From Mobula hypostoma (taxonomy: Eukaryota), in the NCBI RefSeq assembly GCF_963921235.1, contig NC_086107.1, positions 101,744,001 through 101,808,000 on the forward strand: DNA of 64,000 nucleotides. Direction: 5' to 3'. A model generated the notes under the pieces. That model was given only the letters and a program-made list of their open reading frames with translations, was not told the DNA's origin and did no database searches. The position numbers and the translations under genes were made by a program. The stretch's first letter is position 1. Each line of letters begins with the position of its first letter. Shown one piece after another: positions 1 through 12,362 of this stretch.

Positions 1-319
1 CCAGTGAATCTGAATCACAGCAAAAAGTAGCCAAGAATGGGAATGACTACTTTTATCATTAACCTCATCATGGATGCAGTCTGTAGCACCTTCAAGATGC
101 AATGCAGCAATCAGTTTCTTTGATGACATCTCCTAAACCGATTGATCCTATCTGTATTCAGTAATTACAATGTGCAGTCGAACCAAGAAACTTAATCAGT
201 GATAAGTAATTGAATTGGAATTATGTTTTTGTTTGTTAGCATAATATAAGCATTTTAAATCTTTTTTACTATTTGAGGAAATAGCAAATAGCAACCGAAC
301 CATATTAACCACAAGTGAA

Positions 320-1182
320 GTGCCAGGGTACTGAAAGGTGGCTAATGTTGTGCCTTCATTTAATAAGGGATGCAAAGAAAAATCTACACTAGAAAGCTCA
401 ACATCATTGATAGGTAAGTTACTGGAGGGAATTCTGATGGATAAGATTTTCCTGCATTTCAAGAGGCAGAGGTTATTTAGGGATAGTCAGCCTGCTTTTG
501 TGTGTGGGAGATCATGTCTCATGAATTTGAGGTTTCTGAAGAAATAACCAACAAAGTGGATGAGGCCAAGGTAATAGATGTAGTCTGGACTTCAATAACG
601 CCTTTGATAAGGCTCTGCGTGGTAGGTTGCTATGGAAGTTACACTGCATAGGATCCAGGGAGAGACAGCAGCAACTGGCTTGGTGGTAGGAAGCAGACAG
701 TGATTGTGGAAAGTTGTCTTTCATACTGGAAGCATGTGACAGGTATTTCAGGAGTAGTTGATAGGCCCATTATTATTTGTCATCTATATTAATGATTTGT
801 GAGAGAATGTACAAGGCATGTTTAGTAAATCTACAGATGACACTAAAATAGATAGTGTGGTAAACAGTGAAGACGGTTGTCAAGAACTGCAGTGGGAACT
901 TGATCAGCTGGGTAAATGGGCTGAAGAATGGCAAATGAATACCAATTCAGACAGCGAAGACGGTTGTCGAGAACTGCAGTGGGAACTTGATCAGCTGGGT
1001 AAATGGGCTGAAGAATGGCAAATGAATACCAATTCAGATAAGTGTGAAATATTACATTCTTGGAAGACAAATGAGGATACAACTTTCAGAGTGAACAATT
1101 GGGCCCTAAGTGTTGTAGGACAGAGGGATGTGGGAGTACATGGCTCCCTGAAAGTGGACTCACAGGTAGACAGGGTGGTGAA
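320..1182 (+). mobile_element. CR1 LINE ORF2 fragment
   Basis: VANVVPSFNKG, GRSCLMNL, SKSTDDTKI, KWAEEWQM motifs. Confidence 0.9.
864..1037 (+). repeat. 87-bp tandem duplication inside CR1
   Basis: 864-950 and 951-1037 differ at two positions. Confidence 0.95.
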
Positions 1183-1260
1183 TGTTGTATATTTAATATT
1201 TCAGTAATACTGTAAATATATCATTTGACTAAGCATTTTTGTTGTTTACATATGGATTTA
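1183..1260 (+). mobile_element. Possible 5' fragment of a Gypsy LTR
   Basis: Starts TGTTGTATATTTAATATTTCAGT, abruptly ending the CR1. Resembles LTR starts I recall from this lineage. Confidence 0.4.
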
Positions 1261-1830
1261 TTGTGTATGCCTGCAATAAATCTCAGAGTTGTATATAGTG
1301 ACATATATGTACTTTGACAATAAATTTACTTTGCACTTCGAATTTTATTTTCAAATCAAAAGTTAGCAGAAGGTTTACATCAGAACTTCCTTGTTCTTTT
1401 TCCAGGAAGACATTCCAAATGTCTGTAGTCACTTCTATGGTATTGCTCACAAATTCTCAGCAAAGGGAACAGTCTCTCTACTTGCTAATATTGTTTCTCT
1501 CTTCACGGCCAATCTGTATTGGCATAGCCTGTCAATCAGGCTGTAATGTTCACCTACTGAGTTCAAGAAAGCATAGTTTGAAATTTAATTTGGAAGCTAC
1601 AAAAATGGTGTAACCTACTGGATAGGAAGGTACAGGATTTAAAACCAGTGACAATGAAAGACTGACAATATAATGCTGAGTGATAGCAGTATGCAACTTG
1701 GATGGGAACCTGCAGATTATGCTCCTCTTTGTGGTAGAGGTCACAGGTTTGGGAGGTGCTGTCAAGGCAGCCTTAGAGAGTTACTGCAACATATTTTGTA
1801 GATAGAACACATTGCAATCACTGTGCAGAG

Positions 1831-1909
1831 CAGGGACTCCAAATCTTTTTTAGGCCATGGACCCTACCATTAACCAAGGGGACTATGGACCCCAAGTTGG
1901 GAACCCCTG
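1831..1909. mobile_element. Short hAT-type MITE
   Basis: Ends CAGGGACTCCAAA / GTTGGGAACCCCTG resemble Charlie-type TIRs. The TSD is degenerate. Confidence 0.6.
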
Positions 1910-2124
1910 GCATAGACGGAGAGAATAATTAGCATGAATGTTGGAATGCAAAATAAGCTGTATTGTTCTGGAAAGTACTGAACATCTTAGGAGTTGTTGG
2001 ACCTGCTATCATCATGGTAAGTGGAGATATTTCTTCATATTCCTCAATTGTACCTTGTAGATGGAAAAACCCTGATGTGTCAGGAGACACTGATTTTCTC
2101 TTGTAGTCATGGTATACATATAGT

Positions 2125-4572
2125 TAGTTGAATTTAAGAAACAAGGGTAAGAAGACCCTGATGAGAGCTATTTACAGATCTTCGAACAATAGCCAGGATG
2201 TGGTCTACGAATTACAGCAGGAGGTAGAAAAAGCATGTCAAAAGGGCAATGTTACATTAGTTATGAAGGGTTTCAATATGCAGGTAGATTGGGAAAATCA
2301 AGTTGATGCTGGATCCCAAGAGAGAGAACTTGTGGAATACCTCTGATGAGTTTTTGGAGCAGCTTGTAGTTGAGCCCATTAGGGGATCAGTTTTTCTGGA
2401 TTGGTTATTGTGTAATGAACCGATATCCATAGGGGGCTTAAGGTAATGGAACCCTTAGAAATCAGTGGTCATATTATGATAGAATTTACCTCGCAATTTT
2501 GAGAGGGAGAAGCTAAAGTCAGATGTACCAGTGTTATAGCAGAGTAAAGGGAATTAGAGGCATAAGAGAGGAGGTAGCCAAAGCTGATTGGAAGGGGACA
2601 CTAGCAGGATGATGGCAGAGCAGCAATGGCTGGAGTTTCTGGGAGCAATTCAGAAGGCAGAGGTGAGATACATTCCAAAGAAGAGGAAATATTCTAAAGG
2701 AAGGATGACACAACTTGGCTGACAAAGGAAGTCAAGGCCAACATAAAAGCAAAAGTGAGAACAAAAATTAGTGGGAAATTAGAGGATTGGCAAATTTTTA
2801 AAAACCATAAGGGGAGAAGAGATGAAATATGAAGCTAAGCTAACCAATAATATCAAAAATGATCCTCTTAATTTTTTCAAATATATAAAGAGTATAAGGG
2901 GTAAGAGTAGATATTGGTCTGCTGGAAAATGATGCTGGAGAAATAGTAATAGGGAACAAGGAAATGACAGACAAACTGATTAAGTGTTTTACATCATTCT
3001 TCACTGTGGAAGACACTGCTAGTATGGCAGAAGTTCAAGAGTGTCAAGGGGCAAAAGTGAGTGCAATTGCTACTACTAGGGAGATGGTGCTTGGGAAACT
3101 GAAAGGTCTGAAGGTAGATAAGTCACCTGGACCTGATGGGTTACATCCCGGGATTCTAAAAGAGGTAGCTGAAGAGTTTGTGGAGGCATTGGTAATGATC
3201 TTTCAAGAATCAATAGACTCTGGCATGGCTTGGAGGACTGGAAAATTGCAAATGTCACTCCAAACTTCAAGAAGAAAGGTAGACAGAAGAAAGGAAATTA
3301 TAGGCCAGTTAGCCTGACCTCAGCGGTTGGAAAGATGTTGGAGTTGATTGTTAAGAATGTGGTTTCAGGGTACTAGGAGGCACATGATAAAATAGGCCAA
3401 AGTCAGCATTCTTTCAAGCATGAAATAAAAAGCAGGTGAGACAAAGAAGAATCGGGATTTTCAGAAGGCTTTTGACAAGGTGACGCACATGAGGCTGCTG
3501 AACAAGAGCCAAGGTATTGCAGGAAAGATACTAGCATGGATACAGAATTGCTTCTTGCCAATCAGCCAATGAGAGGGAATAAAGGGATCCTTTTCAGACT
3601 GGCTGCTGGTGACTGGTGGTTTTCCACAGGGGTCTGTGTTCAGACCACTTCTTCTTACATTGTATGTCAATGATTTGGATGATGAAATTGATGGCTTTGT
3701 GGCCAAGTCTGCAAACAATATGAAGATAGGTGGAGGGGCAGGTAGAGTTGAGGAAGCAGAGAGGCTATAGAAGGACTTAAGACAGAATAGGAGAATGGGC
3801 AAAGAAGTGGCAGATAGAATACCGTGTCAAGAAGTGCATGGTCATGCACTTTGGTAGAAAGAATAAAAGCATAGACTATTTTAGCGAGAAAATTCAAAAA
3901 CCTGAGTTGCAAAGGGATTTGAGAGTCTTCGTGCTGGATTCCATAAAGGTTAATTTGCAGGGTGAATTGGTGATGAGGAAAGCAAATGCAATGTTAGCAT
4001 TCATTTCAAGAGGACTAGAATGTAAAAGCAGGGATGTAATGCAGAGGCCGTATAAGGCACTGGTGAGGCCTCATTTGGAGTATTGAGAGCAATTTTGGGC
4101 TCTTTATTTAAGAAAGGATGTGCTGATATTGGAGCAGGTTCAGAGGATGTTCACGGGAATGATTCTGAAAACTAAAGGGTTATCATATGAACAACGATTG
4201 AAGGCTCTGGGCCTGAACTTGCTGGGATATAGAAGAATGAGAGGGATCTCACTGAAGCCTATCAAATGTCAAAAGGCCTATTTAGAGTGGATGTGAAGAG
4301 GATGTTTCCTTTAGTGGGGGAGTCTCGGACAAGAGGGCAAAGCCTCAAGATAGAGGAACCTCCATTTAAAACTAATCAGTGGAATTAATTGCTACAAGCG
4401 GCTTGGAGGTCAGGTGACTGGGTACATTTAAAGCGGAAGTTGATTAGTCAAGGTGTGAAAGGTTATGGGAAGAAAGCAGGAGAATGGGGTTAAAAGGGAA
4501 ATGGATCAGCCATGATGAGAAGGTGAAGCGGACTCAATGGGCCTAATTCTACTCCATATATCTTATGGTCTT
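2125..4572 (+). mobile_element. CR1 LINE, long degenerate ORF2 (EN to RT) and 3' tail
   Basis: IYRSSNN, KSPGPDGLHPGILKEVA, KALVRPHLEY, and 3' end CTAATTCTACTCC...TCTTATGGTCTT. Confidence 0.92.
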
Positions 4573-4929
4573 AACTGAGTATCGGATCAATGGTGACCCT
4601 CCCCCCCCCCCGATATATTATTGGCAGGGTATTCAGCAATGGTAATATTTTGATCATTAGGAACTCTTGTGGTAGATGGTCACTTACTGGCATTTTCATG
4701 GCACAAATGTCACTTGCTAATTATCAGCACATGCCTGAATATTGTCTAGACACAGATCCCAAGAATTAATAAGAAAATGACTCTGCACTTCTTGCTGAAT
4801 ATTAGATGTTGCTGTTTTCATAGACTCATAGATAATGGAAACTGGCCATTCAGCCCATTGTCAATTTTTATCAATCAGTTTTTATTATCCCTTTATTCCC
4901 ATCATTTCCAACCCACAACCCCACCTGCA

Positions 4930-5148
4930 TAGATTCCCACACAGTAGAAGCCATTTATAAAAGCCATCTAAGCCTACCAACCTGCACATTTTTGGGAGCT
5001 GGAAGAAAACCAAAACATCCAGAGGAAACCTATATTATCACAAGGAAAACATGCAAACTTCACACAAATATGTCTGGAGGTCAGAACTGAACCCAGGTCA
5101 GTGGAGCTGTGAGGGAGGAACTCTACTAAAAACACCACTGTGCTGCCC
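4930..5148 (-). mobile_element. HE1/V-SINE-like tRNA-derived SINE
   Basis: Minus-strand GGCAGCACAGTGG head, GGTTCAGTTC B-box, GTTTGCATGTTTTCC...GGTTTCCTCTGG core. Confidence 0.8.
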
Positions 5149-5361
5149 TAAGATCAAGAAATGTACAGCATTGGCATTCACATGAATAACACATGTCATT
5201 CCATTTCTGTGGCTCTGTAAATGAATTTCAAGCCAAGTTTTTATCTCAAGGGAGGCATGCAACTGTAGAATCCTACATATGGATTATCACACCTCCAACT
5301 CAGTAGCACTGTTAATCCTACCTATGTTTGGGTGATGGAGAAACCTTTGGACAGACATAGT

Positions 5362-6020
5362 GACACACAAAATGCTGCAGAAACTGAGCGGATGAGACAG
5401 CATCTATGGAAGGAAATAGACAATCTACATTTTCTTCACAACCCATCTTTGGGGCTGGAAAGGATGAGAGGAGATAGTTACCAGATGTTAGAGAAATAGA
5501 TGTTTATGTCATCAGATTGGAGACTACCAAGGTGGAATATGATATGTTATTCCTCTAGCATGCATCTGGCCTCAACTTGGCAGCAGAGGAGGCCCTGGAC
5601 AAATACATCAGTGTGGGATTGGAAACTGGGTGATCTTGACTATTATGGCAGAGGAGTGAAAGTGCCTATACATTCCTCTCTCTGGTTCCCCTCCCCATTT
5701 CTTTCCCTTTATTCCATGGTCCACTGTCCTTTCCTACTGGATTCCATTTTCAGCTCTTCACCACTTCCACCTATCACCTCCCCCTCCTGCCTATCTTTCC
5801 CAATCGCCTAGATTCACCCATCACCCACTAGCTCTTGCTCCAATCCCCAGCCACTCTTTTGCACTATCTCCCCTTGTTCTTTCCAGTCCTGAAGAAGGGT
5901 CATGACCCAAAACTTCTACTGTCCATTTCCCTTCACATTGATGTGGCTTGGCTCATTTGAGTTCCTCTAGCATTTTGTGTGTTGCTGCAGATTCTCAGCA
6001 TCTACATTCTCTTGGGTCTC
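5362..6020. mobile_element. Penelope-like fragments in inverted arrangement
   Basis: Minus-strand terminus plus GIY-YIG C-terminus (5480-5620), then a plus-strand UTR with degenerate hammerhead CAGTCCTGAAGAAGGG..CCCAAAAC (5884-5920). Confidence 0.75.
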
Positions 6021-6469
6021 CATCTGGGCAAAGATTCTCTGCAAGCCCTTTTTAATCAAACCTGAGCACCATGAGAACAACTTGCTGTTCTATAGAAGAT
6101 GTAAATCATACAACGGAAACTAATGCATTTACACTGCAGTTGCAAAGCCTTCCTATTCAACGCATTGACTGCAATTTAAGCATTAACCTTTGTCTTTGAA
6201 CACTGCATAATGTGAGGTTTGATAACTGAAATTGACAAGCCTTTCTACAATGGAAAAGCTAAGTTCTAGTCTCTGCATTAAACTATAAATCGAAGTCAAA
6301 AAGACTTGCTCCATCCCACTAGGCACAACCTGTAAATTTTCAGGTAGCCTTTCCATTTCACCAAGCATTGCATCATCTGCAGCAAGTGATGGCTGCTCAA
6401 GGAACTCAGGCTCAGGGGAGAGTTACCTGAACACTGTTTCAGAAAGCAGTCATACCCATTAGATTAACT

Positions 6470-8345
6470 ACTTCAAATTTGGTCTGTGGCCAGTGTCAAG
6501 ACTGTGTGACTGCAAGTGAGGCAGACAGGGGGGTCCAAGATATAGTACTGGAGGAGACTCAGCCCTTTAACCTGTCCAAAAGGTTTGAGATTGTTGCTCC
6601 CTGTGAGGATGAGAGTGGGAGCTGAAGGAACGATGAGCAACAGAACCCTGGCACTGTAGTTCAGAAAGTCATTCAAGAGTGGGGACAGAAGAGAAATGCA
6701 GTTGTAATTGGAATAGCATAGTCACGGAAAAAGACACAATTCTCTGTCACAAGAATCAAAAAGTCCCAATGGCTGCGTGGTCTACATGATGTCCGAATTC
6801 AGACATCTCATCTGACCTGCAGAGGAATTAGAATGGGAGGGGAAAAATCCAATTGTCATGATCCACAAAGTTAGGTAGAGGGACAGGCAGTGTTGAGGAA
6901 GCAGGGAGTCTGCAGAAGAATGAGCAAAGAAATAGCAAATGGAAAATAGTGTAGGGAATAGTATGCTATTGCATTTTGGTAGAAGGAATAAAGGTATAAA
7001 TTATTTTCTAAACAGGAAGCAAATTCAGAAATCAGAATCCAAAGGGACTTGGGATTCCTAATGCAAGATTTCCTAAAGGTTAACTTGCGGGTTGATTTAG
7101 TAATATGGAAAGCAAGTGCAGTGTTAGCATTCATTTCAAGAGGACCAAAATGTAAAATCAAAGATGTAATGCTGAAACTTTATAAGGCATTGGTCAGACT
7201 GCATCTGGAGCATCGTGAGCAGTTTTGGGCCAAACTATCATTCCTATAAACTCCTTCTTGGAGATGGTACAGAGAAGGTTCATGAGAATGATCCAAGGAA
7301 TAAAAGGGTTAACGTATGAGGAGCATTTAATGGCTCTGGTTCTGTGCTCACTAGAGTTTAGAAAAATGAGGTAGGGCTGATCTCGTTGAAACCTATCGAA
7401 TATTGAAAGGCCTGGAGTGGGGAAGTCTAGGACCTGAGGGCAGAGCCTCGGAATATAAGGACATCACTTTAGAACAGAGATGAGGAGGAATATCTTTAGT
7501 CAGAGGGTGGTGAATCTTTGGAATTCATTGCCACAGGTGACTGTGGAGGCCAAGTCATTGGGTATATTTAAAGCGGAGGTTAATAGGCTCTTGATTAGTG
7601 AGGGTGTTAAAGCTTATGGGGAGAAGGCAGGAGAAGAGAGGGACAGAGATTTTCAGAGAGAAATTTATAAATTAGGAATCAGGCAACTGAAGGCAGGGTC
7701 CTTGGATTGTCAAACGGTAAAATACAGGGCATGCAAAAAGCCGGGTCAGTGGCATGAGCACATGGTTCTGGTTTTCTAGCTATTAGGAAGGATGTCATTA
7801 AGTTGAAAAGAGTGCAGAAAATAGCTAAAGGATACTGGGACTGGAAGGCTTGAGTTATAAGAAGAGGCTGGATGGGTTGGGGCTTTTTTCCATGGAGTGC
7901 AGGAGGCTGAGAGTAACCTTATAAAGGTTTATAAAATCATGAAGGATGGAAGGGAGGGAGGTTCTAAAGCTAAAGAGCATAGCTTAAAGGTGAGTGGGAA
8001 AGATTTAAGAGAGATCTAAGGGGAAACTTTATTACGCTGAAGATGCTTTTTTATGGAATGCGCTGCCAGAGAAAGCTGTACAAAGGGTGAAATTACAATA
8101 ATTGAAAACCACAGGTCACATGGATAGGAAAATTTTAGAGGACGTGGGCCAAAACTGGCAAATGGGACCATGAAGAGTACATCTTGGTCAAAAGATACAG
8201 GTTGGGCCAAAGGGTCTGCTTCTCTGCTGTATCACTATGAATGCAGTTGAGAAGGATAAGAAATCAGTCATGATCAAATGGTGGAACAGATACGATGGGC
8301 CGAATGGCCTCCCTGTCCCCCCCCCCCCCCATGTCTTAAGTTCTG
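6470..8345 (+). mobile_element. Cluster of CR1 fragments (ORF1 piece and two ORF2 3' ends)
   Basis: LYKALVRLHLE, FSQRVVNLWNSLPQ and CR1 3' tails. Confidence 0.85.
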
Positions 8346-8493
8346 ATGAGTACCATAACCTTTGAAATTATCATGTAAGTCAACCTGTGTGGGAAAATAG
8401 ACTTTTATGTCTGCTATCATTTATCTTATTTCATCCACACCCCCCCCCACACACACACCCTATTCACTGTCCAAAGACTAATACTTCACTAAC

Positions 8494-8610
8494 CTTGCAG
8501 TACTGTTTGCTGAGGAATTAATTCATCTTCAAGGTTAACTCTTTCGGTTCCATTTGAGCTCATCATCACAGTCACAAACTGTCTAAACTGTAAGAGGTGC
8601 TTAAGAAGCC
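8494..8610 (-). CDS. MEI1: MEI1 coding exon 7 (GLLKHLLQFRQFVTVMMSSNGTERVNLEDELIPQQTVLQ)
   Basis: Acceptor ccatag. The N-terminal part resembles human GLLRQLLKYDLFVSMIM. Donor CAAG|gttagt; read-through would hit TAG. 117 nt, phase 1 to 1. Confidence 0.85.
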
Positions 8611-8880
8611 CTATGGTAATATGAAAAACAGATTTTATTAAGGGTTTTAGTTTTGATTTTAATTATGAATTCTGGTCCAATCACTGATTTTAAATATTAT
8701 CTTAACACTTATTTATTTCTATCACACCATTTCAAAAACTTCAACCTCTCTTATTACCCCTCCCTATCATCATAATTGGGCGAGATATCAGCCACACTGA
8801 ACCAAAGTGCAGTCCACAGTTTCAATCTAGATGCTGTCAGAAAGGGATCTGCAAAAGCAGGTGAAAGAAAAGCACAAACT

Positions 8881-9090
8881 ACATCTAGTGGCCACTTTAT
8901 TAGATAAACCTGTACACCTGCTTGTTTATGCAAGTATCTAATCAGCCAATCTTGTGGCAACAACTTAATCCATAAAAGCATGCAGACATGGTCAAAAGGT
9001 TCAGTTGTTGTTCAGACCAAACATCAGAATGGGGAAGAAATGTGATCTAAGTGACTTTGACTGTAGAATGGTTGGTGCAGTTAGACAGGT
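8881..9090 (+). mobile_element. Tc1-like transposon 5' end fragment
   Basis: AGTGGCCACTTTATTAG TIR-like start, then MGKKCDLSDFD..MVGA transposase N-terminus. Confidence 0.7.
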
Positions 9091-10267
9091 ATCATGGAGA
9101 CTGGAACAATGAGCGCAGAGACATGTTCATGATGGCTATGTAATGAGTAATTAAGGTAAAGAGGAAGGATCAGAGAATTAAGAGAAAGATCAAGGAGACA
9201 TATTCTTTAAGACAGCGGTCCCCAACTACCGGGCTGCAGAGCATGCGCCACCGGGCCGCGAGGAAGCGATATGATTTGGTCAGCTGCACCTTTCCTCATT
9301 CCCTGTCACAGCCACTGATCAGCCATTACACATGCGAGGTCATGACCCGCGTGTCATCCGTGTCAGGGCGGGAAGGCGATCAACTCCTCGAGCTTGCAAA
9401 TGACAGTGGGCTGAAAAGTATGTTTGACATAACATCTCTGTCAGCATTCTGGATCAAAGTCAAGGCTAAATATCCTGAGATAGCCACGAAAGCACTGAAA
9501 ACGTTGCTTTCATTTCCAACATTTTTCTGCGAAGCGGAGTTTTCTGCAATAAATGCAACGAAAACTAAATTGCGGAATAGACTGGACATCAGGAACCCCC
9601 TTCAAGTATCGCTGTCTCCCATCACCCCTCGATAGGACGTTGTTGTTGCAGGGAAACAAGCCCAGGGCTCCCACTGATTCAGCGATATTGGTGTGTTGCA
9701 ATGATTTTATATATTCATACGGGGAAAATATATGCTGTGTGTTTAATATCCAAATATTACTTAAAATGTTATTATGCTATTGACTTATAAGTGACTTATA
9801 TAACCATATAACAATTACAGCACGGAAACAGGCGACCTCGGCCCTTCTAGTCCGTGCCGAACGCTAATGTCACCTAGTCCCGCCGACCTGCACTCAGCCC
9901 ATAACCCTCCATTCTTTTCCTGTCCATATACCTATCCAATTTTTCTTTAAATGATCATATCGAACCTGCTTCTGCCACTTCTACTGGAAGTTCGTTCAAC
10001 TCTTCAAGCTCCCCTGATAATTGATTTCTCATTATATCCATGCGAGGAAAATATGCGGTGTGTTTAATATTAAATTCGTTAGATAAACCCTTTTAGAAAC
10101 AAAATTGAGTGTATTACCCACTTATCACCTATATTCCGGTAGTGATTAACACCCACCCCCACGAACAGAATCGCCAAAAAAGATTTGCTTTGGGGGGGGG
10201 AGGAGGAGGAGGAGGCAGGTAACGACGCGCATGCGCATTGGTGCCCGCGCAATGCTTCATGGTCATT

Positions 10268-10504
10268 TTAAACGTAAACAACAGGAATTCTGCAGATGCT
10301 GGAAATTCAAGCAACATACATCAAAGTTGCTGGTGAACGCAGCAGGCCAGGCAGCATCTATAGGAAGAGGTACAGTCGACGTTTCAGGCCGAGACCCTTC
10401 GTCAGGACTGACGAAGGGTCTCGGCCTGAAACGTCGACTGTACCTCTTCCTATAGATGCTGCCTGGCCTGCTGCGTTCACCAGCAACTTTGATGTATGTT
10501 GCTT
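10268..10504. mobile_element. Young Penelope-terminus insertion forming a perfect 97-bp inverted repeat
   Basis: Arms 10309-10405 and 10408-10504. TSD TGCTTCATGGTCATT (10253-10267 / 10500-10514). Confidence 0.9.
10373..10410 (-). ncRNA. Minimal type I hammerhead ribozyme motif
   Basis: Minus strand reads CAGTC CTGACGA AGGGTCTCGGCCT GAA ACGT C GACTG: stem I CAGTC/GACTG, CUGANGA and GAAA cores, short stem II, palindromic ACGT stem III, GUC cleavage triplet. Confidence 0.8.
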
Positions 10505-11623
10505 CATGGTCATTGTAGTCTTTTGGGTAAACAACGCATTTGGCTGCTACTCTTGTTCGTTGGCAACCCTACCGCCCCCGGTCGGCCGGTCCGCAAGAAT
10601 ATTGTCAATATTAAACCGGTCCGCAGTGCAAAAAAGGTTGGGGACTCCTGCTTTAAGAGCTTCTACATAGAGACAGCATGGGCAAGGGTAAAAATGAAGA
10701 ACGAAAGAAGGCCACAGGCCTTGAATGAAATAATTCTTCTACCCACAAACTATCTTGTAAAAGCACTTACTTTATGGATCCACTCTTTTTCACCTCCTTT
10801 TATCTTCCAAAAGTTAAAAAAAAAATAAGATGCCAAATAAAAACTTAATATGGAGGAATAGATGCTCATTAAAAGGTTGACTTGTGTCTGACATACAACC
10901 TGAGGAAGAGACATGAACACATCTCCAATAAAGCTTTGCAACTTCACCCCCTACCTCATTTACCCCTTTGCAATAAAGCTGAAGTGACCAAACTGGAGTT
11001 GGAATTTTTTTAAATCTTAGCCAAGGTCAGTTTGACAACACCCCAAAATCAACAACTTCTAGAATAGACCACCACTTCAAGTTATAGATCATTCTGACTT
11101 ATATTATCAGACCCTCATTGTCACTAGGTCTAAATTTTGGAATTCCCTCCCTTAAAGCATTATAGTAATAGCTTTACCAGAGCACTGCAGTTGTTCAAGA
11201 CAGCTGCTTACCACTATCTTCTCAAGAGTAATTAGAAATGAGTAATAAAATGCTGGATTTGAAAGTAACAACCAGACCAAAAAAAATTAGTAAAAAAATG
11301 ATCATTTGACCCAATCCCAATAATTACTAGATACTTCACGGAAGCACATTCCTAAATTATGTGACCAGATACTAAATGAATGAGAAGTGTGCTACTAACA
11401 AACTATGACTATCTCAAGGAAGGTAAAAGAAAGGTAAATAAATTTACTCTAAAGAAACTAATTATTAGGTTAATATCACCATATTTCATTGTAATTTATT
11501 ATATTTTAAAAGTGATTGAAAGAAACTTCTAACTGAAAATAATAACATTAATGGCATTAAAACTAATAATCAAAACAAATTTTAGAACTAAAATACCACA
11601 CAGAAAATACACTTCAAACTTAC

Positions 11624-11827
11624 CAAGAGAGTTTATTTGCAGTTCTTTGGTCTGTGCTGCCTCCATGACTGATATGATGAGTTTGCAAAGTCTCTCATTG
11701 AAGTACAAGGAGAGCTTCTCAACAATAGGAGGATAACTATACATTGCACAGAAAATATAGCACACTGATGCTCTCACTGCTTCATCGGGGTAAGCCAGTG
11801 CCGCTTCCATATGCTTCAGCAACATTG
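11624..11827 (-). CDS. MEI1: MEI1 coding exon 6 (SMLLKHMEAALAYPDEAVRASVCY...AAQTKELQINSL)
   Basis: Strong match to human LVYPSEGIQASVCY...GAQTKELQINCLG. 204 nt, phase 1 to 1, donor TTG|gtaagt. Confidence 0.95.
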
Positions 11828-12024
11828 CTTATAAATGAAAAAAATTACAAAAATGTGCTTAAAATAAACTACTGCAACAATATTTCAATACAAGCAATTT
11901 TAGCTAAATCTTTCTTGCACTGAATTACAAAATTGCCTAACTACACCAGTATTTATGCTCTATAAGCCTCCTTCAAGCTTACTTCATTTCACCCTGTCAA
12001 CGCATTTTCCTATTTGAAAATCTA

Positions 12025-12362
12025 AAAAAAAACTGCTCATGCTCGAAATCTAAATTAAAAACAAAATGCTGGAAATACTCTACAAGTCAGGCCTAAAATG
12101 TTGGAAGGAAACAATTATTGCTTCAGGTTGAAGACCCATCATCAGAATGTCAGACCCTTCAATATTAAACATTAACTTTGTTTCTCTTCCCGCAGATTTC
12201 CAGTGCTTTCTGATATTGTTTTCTCACTTTTGCAATTCTGATAAAGGGTTGGTGGTTCTGAAGCATTACTGTTTATCTCTGCACAGATGCTATCTGACCT
12301 GATGAGTGCTTCCAGCATTTTCTATTTTTCACTTCAGACTTCCAGCATCTGTATTTGTTTAT
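12025..12362. mobile_element. Older Penelope-terminus inverted pair
   Basis: Degenerate AAATGCTGGAAATACTC ... CAGATGCTATCTGACCTGATGAGT..TCCAGCATTTT. Similar decayed copies lie at ~38055-38187, 42480-42610 and 42715-42885. Confidence 0.65.

Larger units (their letters stand above)
9213..10650 (+). mobile_element. Non-autonomous hAT (Buster/Charlie-like) transposon with intact ends
   Basis: TIRs CAGCGGTCCCCAAC / GTTGGGGACTCCTG and a perfect 8-bp TSD CTTTAAGA (9205-9212, 10651-10658). hATC dimerisation remnant FWIKVKAKYPEIATKALKTLLSFPT.FCEAEFSA..TKTKLRNRLD at 9380-9680. Confidence 0.93.

Noticed and set aside
10231..10828. Overlapping ORFs of 74-124 aa
   Set aside because: They arise from the Penelope palindrome and hAT end and have no recognisable protein similarity.
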